From contig CAZQNA010000006.1 of NCBI GenBank assembly GCA_964594835.1, forward strand, positions 32,001 to 96,000: DNA of 64,000 bases, written 5' to 3'. The notes beneath the pieces were generated by a model, which saw only the letters and a list, made by a program, of their open reading frames with translations, ran no database searches and was not told the origin of the DNA. A program made the translations under genes and the position numbers. Shown in pieces: positions 1 to 9,437 of this stretch. This DNA comes from an uncultured Nitrososphaerota archaeon (GTDB lineage: Archaea; Korarchaeota; Korarchaeia; Korarchaeales; Korarchaeaceae). Each line of letters opens with the position of its first letter. The first letter of the stretch is position 1.

Positions 1-26
1 TCGAGCTCGGGGCCGGGGCCGCCGAG

Positions 27-1106
27 GTGGGCCTTATCTCTATGGCCGGCCTCGTCACCCTGGGCTTCTCCAGGCTCGTCGGCGGGTACCTGGCCGACGC
101 GGTGGGCAGGAAGAGGATAATAGTCCCGATGACCATGGTCTACGGGCTGGCCTCGGTCCTTTACGCCGTGGCCAGGGACTGGACCTGGATACTCGCCGCC
201 TCCGTACTCTCCTCCCTGGCGCTCCTCTACCAGCCCGCCATACAGGCGATCCTGGCGGACACCCTGCCGCCAGAGGTCAGGGGGAGGGGCCTCTCCCTCG
301 CCAACATGGTATCCCAGCTGGCCAGCCTGGCCGGGCCGCCGCTCGCAACGATCATGGTGTCGAGGATGCCCCTGGCCAGGGCGATGAGGATCCTGTACGC
401 CGTCAACGCCGCGGCCATATTCGGGGCGGGCCTCGTGAGGATGGGGTTCGTCGAGACCCTGGAGGAGAGGGTGAGGCCCAACCTCAGGGACGCCCTCAGG
501 GGGTACGTCAGCGCCCTTAGGGAACTCCGCGGCGACCTGGGCAAGCTGATCGCCGTGTCCTCGCTCGCCCCAGCCTTCTACCAGATGGCCTTCCCGTTCG
601 CCCAGATATACGCGGTGAGGGAGCTCGGGGTCTCCGAGGAGTTCTGGGGCCTTATCTCCACCGTGGTGTCCCTTGAGTCTGTCGCCTCCATGCTGGCCTC
701 CGGCTACCTGACCGACAGGATGGGGAGGAACCTCACGCTGGCCCTGGGGTACGGGTCGGGCTCTCTCGGCCTGGCGATCCTGGCGCTGACCCCTCCCGGC
801 TCCCCCCTCCTAGTCCTGCTCTCGCAGATCGTGACGTCGGCCTTCGCCTCCTGGCCAGCCAGCTTCGCCCTGATGGCCGACCTGACGCCGACGAGGCTGA
901 GGGGCAAGGTGATGGCCATAAGGGGGATGATACAGGGGAACCTCTCGGGCCTGGGCTCGGGCCTTGGTGGCGCGCTCTACGAGCTGAGCCCGCCACTCCC
1001 GTTCGCGGCGGCCGCCGCGGGGCTGGCTCCCCTGGTTCTGATATCCGCCAAGTGGCTTCCTGTTGGGGCCGTCGGAGGTGGAAAGGTTCGTGACGTAAAC
1101 CATTAA
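27..1106 (+). CDS. MFS transporter (probably 5'-truncated by the window edge)
   Basis: MFS motif A twice (GGYLADAVGRKR, SGYLTDRMGRN), many hydrophobic helices; the frame is open to the window start. Confidence 0.85.
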   Translation: MGLISMAGLVTLGFSRLVGGYLADAVGRKRIIVPMTMVYGLASVLYAVARDWTWILAASVLSSLALLYQPAIQAILADTLPPEVRGRGLSLANMVSQLASLAGPPLATIMVSRMPLARAMRILYAVNAAAIFGAGLVRMGFVETLEERVRPNLRDALRGYVSALRELRGDLGKLIAVSSLAPAFYQMAFPFAQIYAVRELGVSEEFWGLISTVVSLESVASMLASGYLTDRMGRNLTLALGYGSGSLGLAILALTPPGSPLLVLLSQIVTSAFASWPASFALMADLTPTRLRGKVMAIRGMIQGNLSGLGSGLGGALYELSPPLPFAAAAAGLAPLVLISAKWLPVGAVGGGKVRDVNH

Positions 1107-1142
1107 ACGGTAGCTTGCCTCTCCCGTCTTCGGGAATCAGCC

Positions 1143-1481
1143 TTGGGCGCCTCGGGGGCAAGGGAGATCACCTGCCCAATATGCGGTCAGAAGCACAGGC
1201 CGCCCCTGAGCAGGGGGTGGAACTTCGTCCCCTGCAAGCCCGATCACGGGATAGTCGTGTTCGTGGACGAGGGAGGGAGCGTCAGGGAGGTCCACGGGGC
1301 CTCACTCTCCGAGACCTCCAGCGGCCTCACTCTGGACGAGGGGAGGCTTCACCTCGTCCCGAAGTGGGTGAGCGTCGACAGGATCAGGGCGATAGTCGAG
1401 GGGCGGGCGAGGCCCACGGAGGCCGACAGGGCGGCCATGTCCCTCCTGCTGAACCTGGGCATCCTTAAGAGGAGGGCCTAG
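1143..1481 (+). CDS. small Zn-ribbon-like hypothetical protein
   Basis: CPICG...CKPDHG metal-ligand pattern; TTAAA box at about 1103; genome-typical codon usage. Confidence 0.6.
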   Translation: MGASGAREITCPICGQKHRPPLSRGWNFVPCKPDHGIVVFVDEGGSVREVHGASLSETSSGLTLDEGRLHLVPKWVSVDRIRAIVEGRARPTEADRAAMSLLLNLGILKRRA

Positions 1482-1523
1482 GGTCTCCCCGGGGGCGCCG
1501 GGGCCTTCGATGCTGATGGGGGT

Positions 1524-2552
1524 GTGATATTGGCTCGTCCAGCCCTCGCCAAGCTCCTGTCCAAGCTCTCTGGGACTGCAGGGGGGGCCAGGGTCCCGTC
1601 TCACGTCCAGAGGGCCGCGTCGGAGGTGCTGGAGGTCTGCGAGTACAGGCTGGTAACGACCCTGGACTCCATGGGGTTCTTCAGGGAGGTAGAGGGGGTG
1701 AGCCCCGCCGAGGCGTCCTCGAAGTTCGCCGACAGGACCCTGTTCTTCGCGGTGATGGACCTGCTCTCCCAGCTCGGCTACGTGTCCGTGAGGAGGGGGT
1801 TCGGGTTCATGGACGGTCGAATTCGCCAGGTCCACGATCTCCCGCCGTCACCGACCGCCACTACCCCGGAGGCAATCGAGTTTGACTCCGTCTTCAGCGA
1901 GATAGTCTCGTCTCTCCCAGAGGCTCTCAGGGAGGGGAAGAGGACCCTACACGTGGCCTCTCCGGAGAACAAGGCCCTCCTGGCCAAGCTGTACGACTCA
2001 GACGTCTTCAAGACCCTGCTTACCCTCGAGGTGAAGTCTCTGGGCATATCCGACGTCCCGCCCCACGGGACCATAATCTCCCTGGGCCCCGGCGTCGGGG
2101 CGGAGCTTCCCATAGTCCTCCTCGAGTCGGACGCCAGCGTGATCTCGGTGTTGAGCAGCGAGGACGACGCCAGGATCGCCGAACTCACGCTGTCGGGCCT
2201 GGGCCTCCTCAGCGACCAGGTCAAGTTCCTCGTCGGTCAGCCGGAGAGGTTCCACAGGGTGGTCCAGGAGGCCAAGGTCGGTCCTGCGGACGCCGCGGTC
2301 CTGGTGCACGCGCTCCACTGGTCGAACGCGCCGGAGGCCTGCCTCCGAAACGCTTCCAAGGTGGCGAGGAGGGTCATGGTTTCTCAGCCCGTCGCCAGCG
2401 ATGCGACTTGGCCCCTCTCCCTGGCCAGCTACCTCCTCGGCTCCAACGCCCTCCCGAAGTCGGACCAGATTGAGTTCTGGGTGACGTCCGCCGGACTGTC
2501 CGGGAGGACGCTGATGAGGGATCCCATCTATCTGGCCCAGCTGATGAAGTGA
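1524..2552 (+). CDS. class I SAM-dependent methyltransferase-like protein (degenerate)
   Basis: Motif I-like IISLGPGVG, then ADAAVLVHALHW motif; helical N-terminal domain. Confidence 0.55.
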   Translation: MILARPALAKLLSKLSGTAGGARVPSHVQRAASEVLEVCEYRLVTTLDSMGFFREVEGVSPAEASSKFADRTLFFAVMDLLSQLGYVSVRRGFGFMDGRIRQVHDLPPSPTATTPEAIEFDSVFSEIVSSLPEALREGKRTLHVASPENKALLAKLYDSDVFKTLLTLEVKSLGISDVPPHGTIISLGPGVGAELPIVLLESDASVISVLSSEDDARIAELTLSGLGLLSDQVKFLVGQPERFHRVVQEAKVGPADAAVLVHALHWSNAPEACLRNASKVARRVMVSQPVASDATWPLSLASYLLGSNALPKSDQIEFWVTSAGLSGRTLMRDPIYLAQLMK

Positions 2553-2660
2553 ACCCAGGCCGGTAGGCGCGTGGGAGGCGGCCTCCGCAGGGTATACCCG
2601 TGTATGAAGCCCGCGGGGGGTGGGTTATATCCGCCCACCCAGGGGGAGGCGGGGTGAGCC

Positions 2661-3131
2661 TTGCGGAGGTTTAAGGTGATCTTCGCCGGGGAGTCCGAGG
2701 TCGGGAAGACCACGGTCGCGGCGGCCATATCGACCGCGAGCCTGGCCAGGGGAGGACCGACCATCGGAGCCGACTTCTTCGTGTCCGGTCCGGACGGGAC
2801 CAGGGCGGTGATATTCGACCTGGCCGGCCAGGACCGGTTCGCCCCGCTGGCCCCGCTCCTGGCTCGAGGCGCCAGGGTGGTCGTCCTCGTCTTCGACGTC
2901 ACGAGGCCTGAGACCCTGCTGGCCATCCCGGAGTGGGCGGAGAGGGTCCTCAACGGCTCCAGGGATGTCAGGGTGATCCTGGTTGGGAACAAGCTGGACG
3001 TCGGCCTGAGGGTGACCCCGGAGGACATAGCCTCCGTCGCGGCCTCCGTCGGAGCCCACAAGGTCATACTGACCAGCGCATCGACGGGCTTCGGACTGGA
3101 CGAGCTCAGGGAGGCGCTTCTCGAGGCGTAG
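2661..3131 (+). CDS. Rab-like small GTPase (Ras superfamily)
   Basis: G1 GESEVGKT, G2 PTIGADF, G3 DLAGQDRF, G4 GNKLD, G5 TSAS; TTG start after GGGGTGA SD. Confidence 0.9.
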   Translation: MRRFKVIFAGESEVGKTTVAAAISTASLARGGPTIGADFFVSGPDGTRAVIFDLAGQDRFAPLAPLLARGARVVVLVFDVTRPETLLAIPEWAERVLNGSRDVRVILVGNKLDVGLRVTPEDIASVAASVGAHKVILTSASTGFGLDELREALLEA

Positions 3132-3178
3132 CCGACTCGGCCGGCGGCGTAATATTCTGGCCCGAGGTAGGTGGGGGG

Positions 3179-3484
3179 ATGAGGGGCAGCCTGGCCCTCC
3201 TGGCCCTCGCGGCGCTTGTGCTCGCGGCGCACGCGGCGGGCCTCTCACTCTGGAGGCTCCTGCTCGTCCTGTCAGCCGTCGGCTTCCTCTCCGGGGCCAT
3301 TTTCGGGTTCTTCGCCTCGACGGGCGACGTCTCCGGGAGGGTCTGGTGGGCCCTGAGGGCGGGGGTGGCGCTGGCCCTGCTGGTCCCCCTGGCCGCTGCC
3401 GCCTCCGTTCCCCTGGCCGTCGCGGGACTCGTCATGGCCGCCGCCGGCGCGCTGCTCTCCGCCCTCGAAGGAGAGTCGACCTGA
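3179..3484 (+). CDS. small integral membrane protein (about 4 TM)
   Basis: 101-aa almost entirely hydrophobic ORF from ATG 3179, directly after the GTPase. Confidence 0.55.
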   Translation: MRGSLALLALAALVLAAHAAGLSLWRLLLVLSAVGFLSGAIFGFFASTGDVSGRVWWALRAGVALALLVPLAAAASVPLAVAGLVMAAAGALLSALEGEST

Positions 3485-4037
3485 TCCTCCTCCCAATCCT
3501 CTGAAGCCTCGACGGCTCTCTCGGAGGGTTCAGGAAGACGGAGAGGGGTATGTCGCCCGTAGCGGCGGCGAGCGAAAATGCCTCCACGGTCCTCACTGCC
3601 TCCTCCTGCTCCCAGCTCTCCACGGCACCCGGGCGGATCTTCCTGACCCTCTCCACCGCGGCGCTGGCCGTCATCCCCCTCGTGAACACCAGGTAGGCGG
3701 CTGCGAACATCCCGGACCTCCCCCTCCCGGCCAGGCAGTGGACCCCGAGCGGCCTCCCCATGGAGACGACCCTCCTGGCCCATAGGAGGGCGCTTATCAG
3801 CTCCTCCGGCTCCGGCGCCCCCCTCGTCTCCGTGGGGAGGAAGTACGTCCAGATGTCGTTGTCGATCATCGCCCTCGCGAAGAGGAGCACGTTTCCCCAG
3901 TAGGCCAGGATCTCCCTCCCGGTCGCCAGGGAGACGACGGACCTGATCCCCTCTCCCCTGAGCCTCCTGATCGCCTCCCTGTCAACGGGAAAACCGCAGA
4001 TCGCAAGCTCGCCCGGGACTATCCAGAGAACCCACAA
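3432..4037 (-). CDS. dual-specificity/protein-tyrosine phosphatase family protein
   Basis: CX5R P-loop VHCLAGRGRSG; C-terminal VRKIRPGAVESWEQ motif. Confidence 0.88.
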   Translation of the reverse strand: MWVLWIVPGELAICGFPVDREAIRRLRGEGIRSVVSLATGREILAYWGNVLLFARAMIDNDIWTYFLPTETRGAPEPEELISALLWARRVVSMGRPLGVHCLAGRGRSGMFAAAYLVFTRGMTASAAVERVRKIRPGAVESWEQEEAVRTVEAFSLAAATGDIPLSVFLNPPREPSRLQRIGRRIRSTLLRGRRAARRRRP

Positions 4038-4055
4038 GGGGATCGCCCGCCTGTC

Positions 4056-4946
4056 CTACCACCAGGGCCCCCTGGAGAGGACCTCCCCCAGGTCGGCCCT
4101 GACAAGCACGTGAAAGCTCCTCCTCCTCTGAGCGTCCTGCGCCAGGTCAACGTCCACGAAGCCGTCGCTCATGAGTCGCTCGAAGGCCGAGGCGGTGACC
4201 TCCCTCCACTCCCCCAGGAGGTCGAGCCTGCCCCCCTCCCTGTACGCGGCCACGCTCCAGGGTATCTCCACGAGCACCACGTCGGACTTGGGGCGGGGGT
4301 TGAGGAGCCTGGGGCGGCGGAGCTCACCCTCCACCGGCCTGGAGTCGACGCAGACCCTCGCCCCCCTCTCCAGGAGTTCTCCGGGAGTGGGGGCCCGCCT
4401 CCTCCGGGCCAGGAGCGACCTCACCCTCTCGGACTCTAAGAACCACTCAGCCACGACCCTGTCCGACCGCACCCCCTTGTTCACGTCGTCCAGCATCTCC
4501 CCGTAGTAACCCCTCGCATAGGTCCTCACGACCACGCCCAGCTTCCCGAGGTTGAGCCGGGAGTTCCCCCTCTGGAGGGGGTCGAACGTCCACTTCATCA
4601 GCCTCAGGCCCATGGAGAGGGCCGCCTCCCTCTGGGCCAGCTTCAGCCTGAACCCGATCCCCCTCCCCTGCCACTCGGGGACGACCCCCATCATGTGGGA
4701 GTAGTGGTAGGGCCCCTCCGGCCCCAGGCCCGTGAACCCGAAGATGAACCCGATCAGCCTGCCGAGGGGGTCGAAGGCCCCCAGGACCACACCCCCGTTC
4801 CTGGAGGCCGCTATCAGCACGTGGGCCGGCACCTGCTCCACCTCAGGCATCCCCCAGGCGCGAGACTGGACCTTCAATGCCTCGAAGAACTCCTCGTGGC
4901 TTGAGAGGGGCCTTATCGACACCTCCCTCGCCCGGGCACCAGCCAA
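4056..4946 (-). CDS. GNAT acyltransferase (COG3375-like)
   Basis: YSHMMGV..WQGRGIG acetyl-CoA motif, WTFDPL..N..LN..KLG, SDR..AEW; likely TTG start at 4946 after GGTGA. Confidence 0.8.
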   Translation of the reverse strand: MAGARAREVSIRPLSSHEEFFEALKVQSRAWGMPEVEQVPAHVLIAASRNGGVVLGAFDPLGRLIGFIFGFTGLGPEGPYHYSHMMGVVPEWQGRGIGFRLKLAQREAALSMGLRLMKWTFDPLQRGNSRLNLGKLGVVVRTYARGYYGEMLDDVNKGVRSDRVVAEWFLESERVRSLLARRRRAPTPGELLERGARVCVDSRPVEGELRRPRLLNPRPKSDVVLVEIPWSVAAYREGGRLDLLGEWREVTASAFERLMSDGFVDVDLAQDAQRRRSFHVLVRADLGEVLSRGPWW

Positions 4947-5020
4947 GGAGTCACCCCCTTCCGGGGAGCCGTCGCCAGCGACTTCTTTAAGTCGTGGGAT
5001 GCCGGTCCCGCCCGACCGGC

Positions 5021-5512
5021 TCACCCGTCGACCCCTCTCGAGGCGCCCCTCTTCGGCCTCAGGCGCACCTTGCAGGTCTCCCCTGGCGTGAGCCTCGCCT
5101 GCGCGCTCAGCTGCTTGCCCAGAACCTGCCCGATCATGTAGGCGAGCATCCCTCCCCACGGGCAGGCGGTCCCCTCGAACTCGTAGCCGCCAACCCTCTT
5201 CGGGCAGATCAGGCAGCCGTCGATGGTCACCGTCACCGAGCCGTCGTCTTCCAGTTCGAACCTGAGGGACTCGGCCAGGCCGCTGGACACCAGGGCATCC
5301 TCCAGCTCCTCGAGCGAGGCCGGCTGGCCCTCGCTCCTGGTCAGGTGCTTCATGATCTCCCTGCCCACGGCGTACCCGACCACGTTCACCACCGCCTGGG
5401 TGGTCTTCCCGGGCAGGAGGGACTCCAGGCCCACCATGAACCCTATGATTATCGAGTTCAGCAGCTCCAGACGCCTCTCGGAGGGGGGCCAAGTTCCCGA
5501 CAACTGAGACAC
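5021..5512 (-). CDS. V4R / methanogen-output-domain-like protein
   Basis: GYAVGRE helix, IDGCLIC...ACPWGG...ETCKVRL Cys pattern typical of the V4R fold. Confidence 0.65.
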   Translation of the reverse strand: MSQLSGTWPPSERRLELLNSIIIGFMVGLESLLPGKTTQAVVNVVGYAVGREIMKHLTRSEGQPASLEELEDALVSSGLAESLRFELEDDGSVTVTIDGCLICPKRVGGYEFEGTACPWGGMLAYMIGQVLGKQLSAQARLTPGETCKVRLRPKRGASRGVDG

Positions 5513-5563
5513 CCACCGCTCTGCGTAGGCGGCCTCGCTCCACCCACTGCTTTTCTCTGTTAC

Positions 5564-6349
5564 TCATGAACGGAGCCGCCAAGCGACCAGGGCCGGCGCG
5601 GCGCCCGCGACCAACCCGGCGGTCGACGCGACGACTCCGCCCAGCCCGGTGAGGATCGAGCCGCCCGTCGCGAAGGTCCCCACGAGCAGGTCCCACGCCG
5701 AGTGCATCGCCACCGGACCCAGCAGGTTCCCGGTGACGTCCAGGTAGAGGCACATCACCAGCCCGAAGCCGAACACGCCGTACAGGTGCCACGCCATCTC
5801 CCACGGGGACATCTCGTAGACGAACACGTCTATCGGGATGTGCGAGACGGCGAAGAGCGTCGAGGAGACGAGGGCAGCCGCGGCAGTCCCCCACGGACCG
5901 GTCAGGTCCCTCCTGAGCTCCCTGTATATGTAGCCGCGGTCCATGGCCTCCTCAGAAAGCCCAACCACGAGCGACACGTTCACGGCGTAGGACGCCCACC
6001 TCCAGTTCAGCTCCACCAGGTCGACGGTCGGCTGGCCGAGGATCTTCCACGGCACCAGGACCTCCCCGACTGCCCAGGACGAGGCCGCCCCCAACAGGCC
6101 GAGGGCGACGGCCGGCGCCGCGCCCCTGCCGGTCAGGCCGATGTACCGGAGCCCGCCGCCGTCCAGCGCCCTGGCGAACAGGAGCGTGAGGCCGAAGATT
6201 CCCAAGAGCTTGGCGGGTATGTCCAGGAGGTACATGGCCGCGCCCGCCCCGACGAATGCCCCGATGAGGTAGCGATAGGGAGTCCACGTGGCCACGTGCG
6301 CGGCGAAGAGCCCGAGGGCGTGTCTCCAGTGCCCCCCACCCCTTGACAT
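5564..6349 (-). CDS. CPBP (CAAX protease/Abi) family intramembrane metalloprotease
   Basis: EEAMDRG, FAVSH and HSAWD motifs in a multi-TM protein; ATG at 6349. Confidence 0.85.
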   Translation of the reverse strand: MSRGGGHWRHALGLFAAHVATWTPYRYLIGAFVGAGAAMYLLDIPAKLLGIFGLTLLFARALDGGGLRYIGLTGRGAAPAVALGLLGAASSWAVGEVLVPWKILGQPTVDLVELNWRWASYAVNVSLVVGLSEEAMDRGYIYRELRRDLTGPWGTAAAALVSSTLFAVSHIPIDVFVYEMSPWEMAWHLYGVFGFGLVMCLYLDVTGNLLGPVAMHSAWDLLVGTFATGGSILTGLGGVVASTAGLVAGAAPALVAWRLRS

Positions 6350-6403
6350 CCAGCCCCCGCTCAGCCCGAAAAAATAATGGTGCGCCGGCCCGGGCGATGC
6401 CCG

Positions 6404-6958
6404 ATGAGGGTGGAGTACCGGAGAGTGGTCGTGGAGGTCGTGGAGGGCGACATAACCTCCCTGGAGGTGGACGCCATAGTCAACCCGGCGAACCGCAGGC
6501 TCGTCATGGGGGGAGGAGTGGCCGGGGCGATAAGGAGGGTCGGGGGAGGGGACATAGAGAGGGAGGCGGTCTCGAAGGGCCCCATAGAAATAGGAGAGGC
6601 GGTAGCCACCTCCGCCGGTTGCCTGCCGGCCAGGTACGTCATACACGCCCCGACCGTCTGCAGCCCGGGTGGGAGGGCGACCCTGAGCTCCGTGAGGGCG
6701 GCCACGCGCGCGGCCCTGCGCCTGGCCGACGACCTGGGCGTCGAGTCCCTGGCCTTCCCCGGGATGGGCACGGGCGTCGGGGGGCTGAGCGTCGGCGAGG
6801 CGGTCAGGGTCATGGGGGAGGAGATCAGAACCCACATCGACCGGGGCACCGGGCTCGGGAGGGTCGTGCTCGTCGCCTACGGTCGGCGAGCCCTGAACGA
6901 GTTCGAGCGGGCCGTCCAGAGCTTGTTTGGGTCTGAGGGCGGTGAGCCTAGAGCCTGA
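6404..6958 (+). CDS. macrodomain protein (ADP-ribose binding/hydrolase, Af1521-like)
   Basis: GDIT..VDAIVNPAN..GGGVAGAI, VIHA, AFPGMGTGVGG. Confidence 0.92.
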   Translation: MRVEYRRVVVEVVEGDITSLEVDAIVNPANRRLVMGGGVAGAIRRVGGGDIEREAVSKGPIEIGEAVATSAGCLPARYVIHAPTVCSPGGRATLSSVRAATRAALRLADDLGVESLAFPGMGTGVGGLSVGEAVRVMGEEIRTHIDRGTGLGRVVLVAYGRRALNEFERAVQSLFGSEGGEPRA

Positions 6959-7289
6959 GTCCCAGGGAGTCGAAGAGCCGCTTCATCCTCGTGAGCTCCA
7001 CGAGCACCCCGTACCCCCTCCTCCCTGAGTTCATACTCCACCCTCCTACCCTCGGAGGTCACCTCAGACAGGATCCCACGGTCGAGGAGGTGCCGGACGT
7101 ACTCCCCCCGGGTCCGCGGGGGGCGAAGTACTGGACGAATCCCGAGATCAGGAGCACCGCCCCCACGACAAGCTGGGAGAGCGAGACGAAGGCCCTCAAC
7201 CTCAGCACCTGGAGTCGAATCCCATGCGAACCACCGGGTCCCGTCGGGGTCGAGGGTATATCCGGGATTCGGACGATTTGTCTGGCCAT
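6948..7289 (-). pseudogene. chimeric remnant: DUF4405-like membrane N-terminus joined to a frameshifted winged-helix regulator C-terminus
   Basis: LRAFVSLSQLVVGAVLLISGFVQYFAPRGPG, then in other frames EYVRHLLDRGILSEVTSEGRRVEYEL and GYGVLVELTRMKRLFDSLGLRL*. Confidence 0.5.
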
Positions 7290-7346
7290 CTGGCCGACCC
7301 GGCACAACCATAATATACCCCCGCGTGCGGCCCTCGGCCTCCGACC

Positions 7347-8672
7347 ATGATGAAGAGGTCCCTCAAGTGGGTTCTGCTGGCCGAGATGGCCCTCAGCTCC
7401 CTATACATGGCGCTCACCCGGAGCGTGTTCCTCATCTACCTCGCAGACCTGGGCCTGAACCTGGCCGGAATATCGTACGTCTCCGTCTGGGGGGGCGCGC
7501 TCGCCCTCCTGGTGGGTACCCTCGCCTACAAGAGGCCGAGGTCCCTCTCGAGGGAGGTGAAGTCTAAGCTCGTCCTGTCCCACCTGCTGGAGAGGCTGTG
7601 CTGGATTCCGATAGCCCTCGGGAGGTCGGTCGACATCGTGGCCTTAGCCTACACCGCCTACTCGGCCTTCCAGGCCCTGACCACGCTGGGCATGAACCTG
7701 GTGATATTCGGCTCGTTCGACGAGGAGGGCGTCCAAGATGTGGTCGCCGGCAGGATATCCAGCGGGGCTGCCGCCAGCCTCGTGGGCATGATCCTCGCCA
7801 CGGGCCTGCTCAGCCTGCTGGAGGGTCCCGGGAAGTTCGAGGTCATATTCACCCTCGGCTCGGGCCTGGGCCTGCTGTCGACGGGCCTGCTGGCTACCCA
7901 GGACCTCTCCCACCTGGAGGGGGTGGAGCCACCCGAGAGGGTCAGGGAGGAGGAGAGGATCTTTGCCGCCTCGGCCTACCAGCTCGCCCTGGCCTCCTCG
8001 GGCGCACTCTTCTCCATGTCGTGGATACCCTACCTCATCCACGTGGCCAGCTACCCAGACTACCTCGTGGCCGCCATGACCCTGGTCGGGACCGCCACCA
8101 GCATATTCGGCGCGCCGGTGTGGAGGCACGTCAATCCCAGGAGGTACAAGGTGGGCGTGCTGATCAACGCCCTGACCCCGGCCCTGGTGCCCATCTCCAC
8201 GCTTCCGGCGGTTCAGTTCGGCCTCTACGCGACCGCCGCCTTCTCCTTCAACGCTGCCAGCCTGCTGGGGACCTACCTCTTCGCCAGGTACAACAGGTGG
8301 CTCGGCTCGGTGAGGTCCAGCGCCCTCTCCCTGGCCATCTCCGGCGCCGCCCAGCTGGGCGCGTCCGGGGTGGGCCTCCTGATGGGGCCGAGGTTCGGGC
8401 TGGCCTTCGCCGCGGCCTCGGCGCTCAAGTTCACGGCGCTGGCCCTCTCGGCCCTCATAGTGCCGGAGGTGGCGGTCGTCCCGCCCCACATCGCCAAGGC
8501 CTACGCCAACTCCGCCTACGGGGCCACGCTGATGGGTTACAGGGTCAGCGTGGCGATAACGCGGGAGACCCTAACCGCGGCCCTGAGGATGATGGCGCTG
8601 ACGCTCGCCCTCCTCACCCTATACATCATATACAGGATCGCCGCGATCTTGATCACGGCGGGGGTGGGCTGA
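7347..8672 (+). CDS. MFS-like membrane transporter
   Basis: 441 aa, about 12 hydrophobic helices in two halves. Confidence 0.65.
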   Translation: MMKRSLKWVLLAEMALSSLYMALTRSVFLIYLADLGLNLAGISYVSVWGGALALLVGTLAYKRPRSLSREVKSKLVLSHLLERLCWIPIALGRSVDIVALAYTAYSAFQALTTLGMNLVIFGSFDEEGVQDVVAGRISSGAAASLVGMILATGLLSLLEGPGKFEVIFTLGSGLGLLSTGLLATQDLSHLEGVEPPERVREEERIFAASAYQLALASSGALFSMSWIPYLIHVASYPDYLVAAMTLVGTATSIFGAPVWRHVNPRRYKVGVLINALTPALVPISTLPAVQFGLYATAAFSFNAASLLGTYLFARYNRWLGSVRSSALSLAISGAAQLGASGVGLLMGPRFGLAFAAASALKFTALALSALIVPEVAVVPPHIAKAYANSAYGATLMGYRVSVAITRETLTAALRMMALTLALLTLYIIYRIAAILITAGVG

Positions 8673-8691
8673 TCTGCAGGCTCAGGACGTC

Positions 8692-9390
8692 TTGGCGGTG
8701 ATAGAGGACCTCCTGAGGAGGCTGGCGCAGGAGCTGGCCGAGCTGGCCCCTAGGCTCTTCTTGGCCCTCCTCGCGGTCATGGCCACGCTGGTCTCGGTCA
8801 AGGTGGTCAACACGTACCTGAGGAGGCTCCTCACTTTCTCCAAGATCGACGAGGCGGTCGAGAGGCTGACCGGGTCGAGGCTCCCCATCTCCCCCTCCAG
8901 CTTGATCGTGGGCGCGGCGGACCTGGGGCTCGGGTTCATAGGGGCGTACCTTGCCATGAGCCTCCTGCTCCCGCCCGACCTCATGGTGCGGGTCGACTCC
9001 GCCGTGCTGTACGCGGCGAGGGTCCTGAGCGTCCTGGCAATGATAGGATTCGTCCTCCTCGCCTTCAACATGCTCATGGGCAGGATAAGGCTTGAGACCA
9101 AGCTCAAGAGCTACATGACCTTCGTCTCCTTCCTACTTGCGACGGCGCTGCTGATAGACGTGGTGGCCCTCTCCGATCCCGTCAAGCAGGCCCTCGTCTC
9201 GGGCCTGGCGATAGGCATAGGCCTCTCCATAGCCGTATTCGCCGCCTGGTTCTTCTTCGCGGACTACATCGAGCGCTACGTCCGCGCGGTCGAGGGGAGG
9301 AGGCGCGCTGCGGGGGCCGTGTCGCCTCAAAGTGATCAGGACGGCCCGGCCGGAGTAGAAGCCCACGCCGATGGAGGGGCTCAAGGTTAA
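8692..9390 (+). CDS. membrane protein, MscS/CmpX TM-helix-like
   Basis: LAPRLFLALL...KIDEAV repeat pattern and C-terminal GLAIGIGLSIA helix. Confidence 0.55.
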   Translation: MAVIEDLLRRLAQELAELAPRLFLALLAVMATLVSVKVVNTYLRRLLTFSKIDEAVERLTGSRLPISPSSLIVGAADLGLGFIGAYLAMSLLLPPDLMVRVDSAVLYAARVLSVLAMIGFVLLAFNMLMGRIRLETKLKSYMTFVSFLLATALLIDVVALSDPVKQALVSGLAIGIGLSIAVFAAWFFFADYIERYVRAVEGRRRAAGAVSPQSDQDGPAGVEAHADGGAQG

Positions 9391-9437
9391 AAGGCAATCC
9401 CTGCCGAATCTGGCAACCTGTCCAAGGGTGGCCTGGG

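Noticed and set aside
4056-5894. 612-aa ORF as one large fusion protein
   Set aside because: Only the last 296 codons are GNAT-like; the rest overlaps the V4R and CPBP genes out of frame
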